A stretch of 64,000 nt of DNA from Pseudomonadota bacterium (GTDB lineage: Bacteria > Pseudomonadota > Alphaproteobacteria > Micavibrionales > UBA2020), in assembly GCA_021845905.1 (NCBI GenBank), contig JAJZVA010000006.1, positions 74,264 through 138,263 of the forward strand, read 5' to 3'. A program made the translations under genes and the position numbers. This document shows positions 27,001-35,308 of the stretch, in pieces. The notes under the pieces are model-generated. The model was not told where the DNA came from. It ran no database searches and saw nothing but the letters and a program-made list of their open reading frames with translations. Numbering within the stretch: the first letter of the stretch is position 1; every line of letters starts with the position of its first letter.

Positions 27001-27575
27001 CCGCTTGCAGAAGCTTCAACCTGATCGCGCGTCAGGATGTCGAAGTCGGTCGAGAACTTATCACGCAGTTCATCTTGCCACTGTTCGACCAGACTTCCAG
27101 GGGCGACGATCAGGCAGCGCTCAAGATCGCCCCTGATGAGAAGCTCCTTGATGAGCAAACCGGCCATGATTGTCTTGCCCGCGCCGGGATCGTCGGCGAG
27201 GAGAAATCGTAGGGGTTGGCGTGGCAGCATGTCCTCGTAGACGGCTGTCAACTGGTGGGGTAATGCCTCGATTTGGGACGAGCGGACCGCGAGGAACGGA
27301 TCGAAAAGGTAAGCGAGCCGAATGCGCAAAGCTTCCGAAGTGAGACGTAACAGATGACCATCACCATCAAAGGCGAAACGGCGCGAAGGGGATGCTAGTT
27401 CCAGCTCCGTCTCGGAAGACCGAAATAGAACGGTCTGTTCGACGCCGCCGGTGGATTTGTAAGTGACCTCGACCGCATCAGGACCGAAGGAGCGCGCGGC
27501 GATAACATCGACGAACTCGCCGCCGGCGATCCCACGTATCCTGCTTCCTGCTACGATCTCTTCCAGCCGCATCAT
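24054..27575 (-). CDS. SNF2-type helicase with C-terminal PD-(D/E)xK (DUF3883-like) nuclease domain
   Basis: DDPGAGKTIMAG, ICDEAHRMS, QRFGRIHRIGQT; C-terminus NRGYDIES...LIFIEVKGR. Confidence 0.8.
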   Translation of the reverse strand: MMRLEEIVAGSRIRGIAGGEFVDVIAARSFGPDAVEVTYKSTGGVEQTVLFRSSETELELASPSRRFAFDGDGHLLRLTSEALRIRLAYLFDPFLAVRSSQIEALPHQLTAVYEDMLPRQPLRFLLADDPGAGKTIMAGLLIKELLIRGDLERCLIVAPGSLVEQWQDELRDKFSTDFDILTRDQVEASASGNFFAEHQRVIARLDMLSRAQDLQDRLKAAPGWDLIICDEAHRMSANFFGGEVKYTKRYQLGQLLGSLARHFLLMTATPHNGKEEDFQLFMGLLDSDRFEGRFREGAHKVDISDMIRRLTKEELKRFDGTPLFPERKAYTVSYKLSDREAVLYEAVTRYVRDEMNRADQIQDGGDRRRNNVGFALQILQRRLASSPAAIHESLKRRLARLEARLEEERLLKRGHEAAGVLSTKTDIPTWDDEDVDEAPEDELENLEDQVVDQATAARTIAELEAEIESLKELEGLARVLRRSGEDTKWRELDRILDDPIVYDPANDVHRKIVVFTESRDTLEYLATRIRGRIGEAEAVAIIHGGVPRDRRRAAIAAFNDDPRVRFLIANDAAGEGVNLQRGAHLMVNYDLPWNPNRLEQRFGRIHRIGQTEVCHLWNLIAGETREGEVYARLLEKLETARETLGGKVYDVLGELFEARALRDMFMEAIRYGESPEVRERLFTAIDGAIDRKHIDEIVTRSKLTKEGLDPATITTLKEEMERAEARRLQPRYIRSFFEEAFALVGGVMRPREKGRYEVRRVPAILRDRDRLIGRGDPVLPRYERICFDKGDIPGKHQAMLVAPGHPLLDATVDLTLDRYRNLLGQGAVLVDENDSGEQPRVLVYLEHGIRDGRVGRNGRPRVISQRLQFVYLDRNGSAMDGGAAPYLDCRPVKEDEKQQIEPLLHEDWLAGNIEDAVRSYAITELVPHHLEEVKSRRLQEIQKIETAVKERLRREILHWQHRALELERQEKAGKQQRLNSQNARRYVEMLTDRLDKRLSELAKERQIAPLPPEIQGAALVVPIGWFAKYSEPSGPATRLAKDRAEIEQLAMEAVMAAERALGRDPRDVSAENRGYDIESRDAKTGDLIFIEVKGRAEAADTITVTRNEMLTAFNTEDSELSYILAVVQVEAGFARPPIYVRSPTGVFGAEPGFMEVSRNLNLTKILTVGGPPA

Positions 27576-27808
27576 GCCTTCTTTCTCTCTGGCCAGATTT
27601 CGACACCCGCGGCAGGCCCCTTTGCCTGAAGCCGTTGCGACGAACCGCGTTCTTCGGCCGCGTCTTTGTATTCCGGCACGTAATCCCGCATGAACTCTCG
27701 GGTGACCTGCGCGTCGAGCAGCGTACCAGCCAGCTTCGCGGCATCCGCCACGGAATGCAGCCGGCTCAGCTCATGTGCAAATAGCTTGGCGTGGTATTCG
27801 GTTATCAA
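27572..27808 (-). CDS. small ORF; first ~35 codons look like the N-terminus of a different SNF2 helicase family
   Basis: MITEYHAKLFAHELSRLHSVADAAKLAGTLLDAQV then unrelated sequence; ATGA overlaps with both neighbours. Confidence 0.4.
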   Translation of the reverse strand: MITEYHAKLFAHELSRLHSVADAAKLAGTLLDAQVTREFMRDYVPEYKDAAEERGSSQRLQAKGPAAGVEIWPERKKA

Positions 27809-27999
27809 GCCTTGCCGTCCCTTCTTTGCTCCTCGACTTTGCGCTTCATCCAGTTGGCGATCTCCTGCCGTTCAAACCGCCAAGACCCGCCAACCTTGAA
27901 ACCGGGAAGTTTGCCTTCTGCGGCAAGCTTGTAGGCCGTCTTCTCGTTGATCTTGAGAAGCTCCGCCACTTCCCGGATCGTGAGAATCTCGTCGGTCAT
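27805..27999 (-). CDS. excisionase-family (MerR-like) HTH DNA-binding protein
   Basis: LTIREVAELLKINEKTAYKLAAEGKLPGFKVGGSWRFERQEIANWM. Confidence 0.8.
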   Translation of the reverse strand: MTDEILTIREVAELLKINEKTAYKLAAEGKLPGFKVGGSWRFERQEIANWMKRKVEEQRRDGKA

Positions 28000-28193
28000 A
28001 TGCCACCCGGAATTGCCAACCGGGACAGTATAGGAAAAAAACTGGAAAATCCGAGAAAAAACTTACTTGAGTTCTGGGTCAGGCACGGACGCTTGAGGCA
28101 TGTTCGGGAATTGGACGTGCTTCGGGGAAACAAAGGAGTTATGGTATTCACTAATCAATTGCGTAAAGTATCAAAAAATGATACCTTGCGCAC

Positions 28194-28997
28194 ATGAGTA
28201 AGGATTCTCCTCCCCTGCACGCCAGGGGTTATATAGAGGCCCTCGCCTCCCGCGGACGCTATCAGTTCGGCTCTGAAGAGGCCCGCAAGGCACTCGGGGT
28301 TTCGGAGGCTGCGGCCAAGCTGGCGCTGAACCGGCTCGCCCGACGGGGCCTGATCGCCAGCCCGGCCCGCGGCTTTTACGTCATCGTGCCGCCGGAATAC
28401 CGCCGTCTCGGCTGCCTCCCGGCCGACCAGTTCATTCCGTCCCTGATGCAGCGGCAGGGCCTTGCCTATTATGCCGGACTGCTTTCAGCAGCCCAGTTTC
28501 ATGGCGCCGCCCATCACAGGCCACAGGAATTCCAGGTAATGCTCGCCAAGGCGCGCCGCCCCATTCGCTGCGGGCAGATGCGCGTCACCTTCCATATGCG
28601 CAAACGCCTCAAGGAAGTGCCGGTGCAGACCTTCAACACGCCGCGCGGCACGGTCCTCGTCTCCACGCCCGAAGCGACGGCTCTCGACCTTGTCGGCTAT
28701 CAAGAACAGGCAGGCGGACTTGACGTAGTTGCGACCGTGCTTGCGGAGCTTGCCGAAAAAATCGATCCGGAAAAACTGGCGGCGGCGGCGCAGACGGCGC
28801 CGCTGCCGTGGGCACAGAGGCTGGGCTATCTCCTGCACAAGATCGGCGCCGCGGACAAAGCAGCCGTATTGAAAGATTACGTCAGGCGGCATGCGCGGCA
28901 GAGCGCCGCGCTGCTGCCGGGAGCGCCTGCCAAAGATGCGCCGCGCGATGCGGCGTGGAAGGTGATCGTCAATGCCGATGTGGAGGCGGAACTGTGA
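28194..28997 (+). CDS. abiEi: AbiEi-family antitoxin
   Basis: N-terminal wHTH (AAAKLALNRLARRGLIASPARGFYVIVPPEY); overlaps downstream AbiEii gene. Confidence 0.8.
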   Translation: MSKDSPPLHARGYIEALASRGRYQFGSEEARKALGVSEAAAKLALNRLARRGLIASPARGFYVIVPPEYRRLGCLPADQFIPSLMQRQGLAYYAGLLSAAQFHGAAHHRPQEFQVMLAKARRPIRCGQMRVTFHMRKRLKEVPVQTFNTPRGTVLVSTPEATALDLVGYQEQAGGLDVVATVLAELAEKIDPEKLAAAAQTAPLPWAQRLGYLLHKIGAADKAAVLKDYVRRHARQSAALLPGAPAKDAPRDAAWKVIVNADVEAEL

Positions 28998-29815
28998 TTC
29001 CGCGCGACTACATCACGGAGTGGCGGGCGCAGGCGCCCTGGGTGCAGGACTTGCAGGTCGAGCAGGACCTTGTCATCAGCCGGGCGCTCGTGGCGATCTT
29101 CACCCATCCTCTGCTTGCACGCGCGCTCGCCTTCCGCGGCGGGACGGCACTTTACAAGCTGCACCTGAAGCCGCCGGCGCGGTACTCCGAGGATATTGAT
29201 CTCGTACAGGTCAACGCCGAACCCGCGGGTCCGATCATGGACGCGCTCCATGAGGCGCTCGATGACTGGCTTGGCAAGCCGCGGTACAAGCAAAGCGAAG
29301 GCCGGGTGACATTTTTCTATCGCTTTGACTCGGAAGACATGCCGCCGATCCCGCTCAGGCTCAAGGTCGAAATCAATTCGCGGGAGCATTTTGCGGTTTA
29401 CGGTTTCGCGCGCCTCCCGTTCGCCGTGTCCTCGCGCTGGTTTGAAGGCGCCTGCGAGATCGCGACCTATGCGCTTGATGAGCTGCTCGGCACGAAGCTG
29501 CGCGCCCTTTATCAGCGCAAGAAAGGCCGCGACCTTTTCGATCTGTCCGTCGCGCTCAAAGAACCGTCTGCCCATCCTGATCGCGTGATCGATGCGTTTT
29601 CTCGATACATGGCGCATGGTGGCCACCAGGTGTCGCGCGCCGAGTTCGAAGAGAATTTTGATGCGAAACTGCGCGACCGGCAATTCACCGCTGATATCGG
29701 CGCGCTACTTGCTACGGGTTACGCATGGGACATTGACGCCGCCGCCGAAATCGTATCCTCGCGTCTGATTGCGCACCTGCCGGGCGAGCCGTGGAAGGGC
29801 GAAGGAAAAAAATGA
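28994..29815 (+). CDS. abiEii: AbiEii-family nucleotidyltransferase toxin
   Basis: GTG start overlapping upstream TGA; FRGGTALYKLHL...RYSEDIDLVQ motif. Confidence 0.8.
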   Translation: MIPRDYITEWRAQAPWVQDLQVEQDLVISRALVAIFTHPLLARALAFRGGTALYKLHLKPPARYSEDIDLVQVNAEPAGPIMDALHEALDDWLGKPRYKQSEGRVTFFYRFDSEDMPPIPLRLKVEINSREHFAVYGFARLPFAVSSRWFEGACEIATYALDELLGTKLRALYQRKKGRDLFDLSVALKEPSAHPDRVIDAFSRYMAHGGHQVSRAEFEENFDAKLRDRQFTADIGALLATGYAWDIDAAAEIVSSRLIAHLPGEPWKGEGKK

Positions 29816-29948
29816 CGCGGTGCGAGGATCGGCCAGTAGACCGCCGTTCCGATGACGACGATGATCATGATGATAACAACACGAAAGGTCACCATCATGT
29901 TGGCGGGCAGGCCGAGCACACAACGGCTACTGCAAAAGAAAGGCCGTC

Positions 29949-30869
29949 TTAAGCGGCGGCCCTCTCCTCGGCTTGGGATTCTGCGGTCTCCGCCTTCGGC
30001 TGCAAGCTGTGCAAGAAGGCGGCGGCGCGTTCGGCGTGGGCGGCGGCGGTGAAGACAGCCCGCTTGTCGTTCTTCAGTACGCGCAACCAGTTCTCAACGT
30101 AGCTGGCATGATCAGCGCGGGGTTCCGGTGTCAGAGCGAGGTCGGCACAGAGAAACGCACTGCCGAGTTCCGCCACCAGTTCCTCGGCGGCGTAAGCTTC
30201 ATCTCCCCAGCGTTTGCGGCCAAACTCGCGGGCAAGGCGCTTTTCGTGTTTCGTGGCGTGCGTGCATTCGTGCGCCAAAGTGGCGTAATAGCTTTCCGCA
30301 TCCCTGAACGTCTCGAACGGCGGCATCTGCACAACGTCGCGGCCTTCGGCGTAGAAAGCCCGGTCTCCACCATGCCGGATGTCGATTCCGGTCGCGGCAA
30401 AGAAGGCTTCCGCGTGGGCGATGCGCTGCACGGGATCGATCGTCGGCGCGGCGGGTGCCGTGAAGTGCGGCGGCAGATTGTCGATCTGCTCCGCGTTAAA
30501 CACGGTGTAGCCTTTGAGGAAGGGGATTTCGCGCTCGGTATCTTCTCCGTTCTCGGTCGTCTCGGTGCGCGTGATCTTGCTTGCGAACACGACAAGCTCG
30601 CCATGCTCTCCCTTGCGCACCTGCGCCCCGAGTTCCCGCGCTTGTTTATAGGTCAACCAAGTCGGCGAGACGTAACCGGATGCGGTAGCCGTCATCCAAA
30701 GCGTAATGACGTTGATTCCGCGATAGGGGATTCCGTTGTGGCGTAACGGGCGGGTGATGCGTCCTGCGGCATGTTCTGCGTTCCAAGGTTTCACCCAAGG
30801 ACGGGTGCCCGTCTCCAGTTCCGCCACGATGCGGTTGGTGATTCGCGTGTAGATGTCTTGCTTTTCCAT
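29949..30869 (-). CDS. ardC: ArdC-like antirestriction protein (ssDNA-binding N-domain + zincin peptidase)
   Basis: MEKQDIYTRITNRIVAELETGTRPWVKPWN; C-terminal HECTHAT; start at 30869, the track's upstream extension is not credible. Confidence 0.8.
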   Translation of the reverse strand: MEKQDIYTRITNRIVAELETGTRPWVKPWNAEHAAGRITRPLRHNGIPYRGINVITLWMTATASGYVSPTWLTYKQARELGAQVRKGEHGELVVFASKITRTETTENGEDTEREIPFLKGYTVFNAEQIDNLPPHFTAPAAPTIDPVQRIAHAEAFFAATGIDIRHGGDRAFYAEGRDVVQMPPFETFRDAESYYATLAHECTHATKHEKRLAREFGRKRWGDEAYAAEELVAELGSAFLCADLALTPEPRADHASYVENWLRVLKNDKRAVFTAAAHAERAAAFLHSLQPKAETAESQAEERAAA

Positions 30870-31239
30870 GATCTGCCTTCCTTTCCGGGCTTGGGGTTCA
30901 GCGCGCGTCTGAACCCTTGCCCGTCGGCGAGACCGGGGTGTGCAAGCGGAAAGGGGCTTCGCGGGGAACCGGCTGCACGGAGCCGGCGCCGCTTCGCGCG
31001 GGCGGAGGAAGCTGGGCGGAAGCCCCTTGCAGCGCGCTGAGGGGCAGCGCCCCTTCCATGTCCTTTTGCAAGTAATATTTCGTGCGTCAGCACACCGCAT
31101 AAAAATGCCGTGCTGAAATGGGGTTTTTGTGTTTCTGTTGGGTCGGAAGCAGGGCGGCGATGGCGACGGTCGATCAAACTTCCATACGCGGGTCAAAAAC
31201 CGCATGAATGCGTGTCGTCTTGGGCCTACCTCGGACTAA

Positions 31240-32640
31240 GTGCGAGCATCGGCATTGTGCCTGCTCATAGGGGCCTCGAGGATTGCCTGAACCGTCCGCC
31301 CTGCCCCCGGCCAAACAGGCCAGGAGTCGAAGATGCCTATGGCATCACCGGTTTCACTTCCTGGCCAATCGCCCATATGAATCCGGATAGTTCTCGCGCG
31401 ATAGCGGTAACCACCACTGTTGGCTTCTTGTTTTTGGCCGTCAGTTTCCGGTAGCGGTCGCAGAGACGAGTCTGAGCCTTCCAGGCGATATCTCGTACCA
31501 CCTTGGGCAACTCCATGATGATTGCGACCTTGCCTGTAGCGACGCGGGCTGGATAGCGATAGCTCCACGACGCTTCAACAAGCATCCGTCTGGCTTCAAG
31601 GTTTCCCGTTTTTGTGATGCCGCTGCGATGGATGCGCGCACCGCTGGAATGTTCCGAAGGGACGAGACCAAGATAAGCCATGAGCTGGCGGGGATTCTCG
31701 AAACGGGTCAGGTCGCCGGTCGCGGCCACGAAAGTGACGGCGGAGATAAGATCAATCCCGCGCAAGCCTCGGAGAGCTTCGACAAGTGGCGCGAGAGACC
31801 AGCCCGAAGTCAACGCAACAATCCGTTCGACGAGTCGATCCCGCCGCTCCTGACCTGCAGCGACAGCTTCGACGTAATCCTGAAAAACGATTTGATGCGC
31901 CGGCTGATCAAACGTCTGGCTGGCAAGCCAGAGATAGTGTTTTTTTGTCCAGTGCTTGAGCCCCTGCTGATACGTTCGGCCATGCCGAAGCAAAAATGCA
32001 AGAAGCTGTTGCCTGGCACGCGTCAGGTGCACGACAGCATCCATTCGTGCACGGACGAGATCGCGCATTGCCTCATGCACCTCGTCCGGCACCCAGACCC
32101 GCGTGAGATCGCCTGAGCGATGCAAGATCGCGAGCCGTTGGGAATCTCTCCGGTCAGTCTTGATCTTGTCTCCCGCCATGGTTGGGATTTTTGAAGGCGC
32201 TACCACCATGCAACCATGGCCGAGATCGGTGAGTTGGCGGTAGATAATGTAACCGCAGCACCCGGCTTCGTAACAGAACTCAAGGCGACCGCCGTCTTTT
32301 GAAAGTTGCTTGGTGAGCTTCTCGATGTCATTGGGGGTGTTTGGGATAGCACCGATGAATCTGATCGGGCCGTCTCGACCGTCCTCGGCAACGGTTACCG
32401 AAATGCTTGCCTTGTGAACATCCAACCCAACATAAAACGTCTTTTTCATATACTCTCCATCCATTGAATATTTTTGCGTGCTCTCGGCACGATCACTTCA
32501 ACAGTAGAGAACTGAAGGCAAACGTCTACGGCGCACCCCTTAAGGACATACAGACTAAGCTGCGCGCCATGCGCGCTGAAGGCCGCGTCTGCGGCCGAAA
32601 AACTCACCTTGCCCGAAGGATCGTCACCTCTGGCCGAGAC
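31240..32640 (-). mobile_element. IS110-family insertion sequence (ends approximate)
   Basis: Contains the IS110-type transposase; ~190 nt non-coding upstream of the ATG; no terminal repeats identified, boundaries are guesses. Confidence 0.35.
31337..32449 (-). CDS. IS110-family DEDD transposase
   Basis: MKKTFYVGLDVHKASISVTV... N-terminus, C-terminal SGITKTGN region. Confidence 0.9.
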   Translation of the reverse strand: MKKTFYVGLDVHKASISVTVAEDGRDGPIRFIGAIPNTPNDIEKLTKQLSKDGGRLEFCYEAGCCGYIIYRQLTDLGHGCMVVAPSKIPTMAGDKIKTDRRDSQRLAILHRSGDLTRVWVPDEVHEAMRDLVRARMDAVVHLTRARQQLLAFLLRHGRTYQQGLKHWTKKHYLWLASQTFDQPAHQIVFQDYVEAVAAGQERRDRLVERIVALTSGWSLAPLVEALRGLRGIDLISAVTFVAATGDLTRFENPRQLMAYLGLVPSEHSSGARIHRSGITKTGNLEARRMLVEASWSYRYPARVATGKVAIIMELPKVVRDIAWKAQTRLCDRYRKLTAKNKKPTVVVTAIARELSGFIWAIGQEVKPVMP

Positions 32641-33464
32641 GCGCATGTCGCGGCTGGGGGAGGGCGTCTTCGCCCGAGTAGAGCGTGGTCCTGCCGGTGG
32701 CAGGACGGGCCATTATTTTGGCTGTGGTTTTCGTGCGGTCTATGCGTCGTTAACGCCGTCAGATCGTTTATCCCACCGTGCAAGTTGCCATTGTCCGCCT
32801 TGATCCGACTGCGCAGGTTGTCGTTCTCTGCTTTGAGACGATCAATCTCGGCTTGCTGCGTGGCGCAATCGCACCCCCGAGTCGGAATCCGTTGCGATTC
32901 AGTTTTCACACGGTCTGTCTGAGTCTTTCATTGGAGATTTTGGCTGCATGCGGGAATGTGGGCTACCGGAAGGGGGCTCGGCTGCGCCGCCACTACAGTG
33001 TGACTCCGGACGCCCCGCCGACCGCCGTACAAAGTATCGCAAAACCGGCTTGAGGGTAGCGCCACAGCCCTGTTCTGGCTGATCGCCGGCATCTACCTTG
33101 CATGCTGGATGATCGTCCCGACCTTTGCCATCGCCAGCGTGCCAATCGACACGCTTGAAGCCTCACCACTTTCATCGCCATTAGCACGACTGATGTCATC
33201 CGCAACATGTGGGCGACACCAGACTGGAACGTTATCGGCCTTTGGGCGGTGTTCAGCTTCACTCCGGCGTTTTCCGCCTCCAATCTGCACCGTTTTGGCA
33301 AGGTATGGACGTTCCTTTTCCTCATCGGGCTGATCGGCTTTATCTATAGTCGAAGCGCTCGCACCTGGCGTCACGCACAAAGTCAAAAGAAATACTTTTT
33401 CCATAAACTTATTTACATACAAATAATTCTCCGGAAAAAACTACAAACAGCATCGCTAGAGATC

Positions 33465-34430
33465 ATGATTCCAAAAATCCATGTGGCGGGGTGGACACTC
33501 TACATATACTCTGAAACGATGAATGCTTCTCTTTTCTATACACAACGGATACACGCGCTTTACGGATTCAGAAAGGCTTCTTACTTTCTATTACAAACGC
33601 GGCTCAGGCCAAACCTGTTCGCTCGCTGGTTCGAGTTTGTGGACGCGGCCCTGCCGCCTGACGTAACGGAGATTTATAAAATCAGGCTGGCGATGCGACC
33701 GGCCTTCCGTTTCATGAACCCGCGGTTTGATGCCGTTGACCGGGTGAACGCCCTCACCCATCACTTCACGGTGCTGCGGGAAAAATTCCCCGCTCCCGTC
33801 CGCCTCACCATGACACAGGAAAGAACCGGTTACAGGCTGGCGGAGGTGACCGGGAAAAGCGGGAAAAAATACGCGTTCGAAACGCGCGGCGAAGTCACCA
33901 AGGAAGGAGGGATCAGGATCGTCTTCTTCGATGCCGAAAAAGAAGACGGGCTGGCTTTGCTGGCGGGCATTCTTGCAACGGACAAACATGGCAAACAGAT
34001 TTTCAACATCGGCATGCTGCGCGGACCGAACAAGAACAACAAGGAAATCATTATCAAGGCCACAAAGGACCTGAACGGCCTCCGGCCCAAACAGGCGGTT
34101 TTGCATGCAGCCGCCGCGCTGGCGGCATGGCTAGGCGCGGAAGAAATCGTCGCACCCTCCTCGGAAAAAGAAATCGCCATGAAGAACCTGTTCAAGGGGC
34201 ACAAGGTTCTCGCCAACCACGACCCCTTCTGGCGGGAGTTCGCGCAATCGCCCGCAGCCGACGGCATTTATCACCTGCCGCTGCCCCTGCCGCGCCGTGA
34301 CGAGTCCGAAGTGCAGCAAAAGCGTCGCAAGGACTGGCGCGCGCGCTACGAGCATATCGACGCATTTTCGACAGACATCAAAAACGCGCTGGATGCGCTT
34401 TCGGGAGAAGAAAATGGCAATACGTATTAA
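33465..34430 (+). CDS. VirK/YbjX (DUF535) family protein
   Basis: Family recognised from overall pattern incl. KDLNGLRPKQAVLHAAAALAAWLGAEEIVAPS; start uncertain (33465 or 33519). Confidence 0.6.
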   Translation: MIPKIHVAGWTLYIYSETMNASLFYTQRIHALYGFRKASYFLLQTRLRPNLFARWFEFVDAALPPDVTEIYKIRLAMRPAFRFMNPRFDAVDRVNALTHHFTVLREKFPAPVRLTMTQERTGYRLAEVTGKSGKKYAFETRGEVTKEGGIRIVFFDAEKEDGLALLAGILATDKHGKQIFNIGMLRGPNKNNKEIIIKATKDLNGLRPKQAVLHAAAALAAWLGAEEIVAPSSEKEIAMKNLFKGHKVLANHDPFWREFAQSPAADGIYHLPLPLPRRDESEVQQKRRKDWRARYEHIDAFSTDIKNALDALSGEENGNTY

Positions 34431-35295
34431 AAAAACAATCTACAGGGAATGGCACCGGGCGCTGTTCCGCCTGCAGGAAACCTGCGGAGCCGCTTCCGTG
34501 AAGCATTGTCCCGCGCAAACGGTTTTCCTCCATGTGCCAAAGTCGGCGGGATCTTCAGTCACGGAATATTTCGCCTGTTTCATCGGCAAAAGCGGGTCGG
34601 ACAGGTTCGTGAAGATGGAAAAATTCAGGGGCGGCGACCCGCACGCGGATGTCAGCGCGGAAGGCGTGCAAAAAGCCCGCAACGGCAGGTTCGTGACGGG
34701 GCATTTCGACTGGCATACGCTCGAAGCCGTCCGTCAGCCGCACGCCTTCGTGTTCACGTTCCTGCGCGATCCCGCCGCGCGCCTCCTGTCGCTCTACCAT
34801 TATCTGCATCATATCGACGAGAACACGCAGCCGGAAGAAAGCATGAAGGAATGGTTCCGGCATATGAAATCTCTGACTCTTGAAGAATTTTTTTCCAGCA
34901 ATGACTCCAGAGCTCTGTACGAAACGAATAATTTCATGGTGCGGCAGTTCTCCGGACAGTTAAACGGCGGCGCGGGGGTGGATGCGCCCTTTGAAACAAT
35001 GCTTGAACAGGCTCTGAGAAACCTTGAAACATTGAACTATGTAGGTTTTCAGGAAACATTCACGGACGACTTTGCCGCCCTCGTGAAAAAAACCGGTTTC
35101 CCGCAGCGCCTCATGCCGGCTGAAAACATGACGCATAAAAAGGCCGCCTATCCCGGCGCGCGCTATGCCGCGAAAGCGAAGAAGGAGGACGTCCTCGCCC
35201 TCGCCGGCGCGCGCATCAAGTGCGATGCCGAGTTCTACCGGCGGGCGCGGGCGCGGGCGCCGGAAATCAACAGCCGCCCGTACGCGCACGGCTAA
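34414..35295 (+). CDS. sulfotransferase family protein
   Basis: FLHVPKSAGSSV PAPS-binding loop; 17-nt overlap with upstream gene. Confidence 0.7.
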   Translation: MAIRIKKTIYREWHRALFRLQETCGAASVKHCPAQTVFLHVPKSAGSSVTEYFACFIGKSGSDRFVKMEKFRGGDPHADVSAEGVQKARNGRFVTGHFDWHTLEAVRQPHAFVFTFLRDPAARLLSLYHYLHHIDENTQPEESMKEWFRHMKSLTLEEFFSSNDSRALYETNNFMVRQFSGQLNGGAGVDAPFETMLEQALRNLETLNYVGFQETFTDDFAALVKKTGFPQRLMPAENMTHKKAAYPGARYAAKAKKEDVLALAGARIKCDAEFYRRARARAPEINSRPYAHG

Positions 35296-35308
35296 GGAGG
35301 AAGTTGCG

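Noticed and set aside
30870-31205. N-terminal 112-codon extension of the ArdC ORF in the track
   Set aside because: The ArdC family N-terminus (DIYTRITNRIV...PW..PW) starts at the ATG at 30869. The upstream part is Arg/Pro-rich read-through of a GC-rich intergenic region.
32604-32909. 101-aa minus-strand ORF with a short coiled-coil (QQAEIDRLKAENDNLRSRIK)
   Set aside because: Only ~25 residues look protein-like and the rest is low complexity. It may be a fragment adjacent to the IS110 end, and the evidence is insufficient for a CDS call.
33207-33464. Upstream part of ORF 33207..34430 (hydrophobic WAVFSFTPAF...FLFLIGLIGFIY)
   Set aside because: It is probably not part of the VirK-like protein. 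It may be a remnant of a membrane-protein gene disrupted near the IS110, but I cannot support a call.
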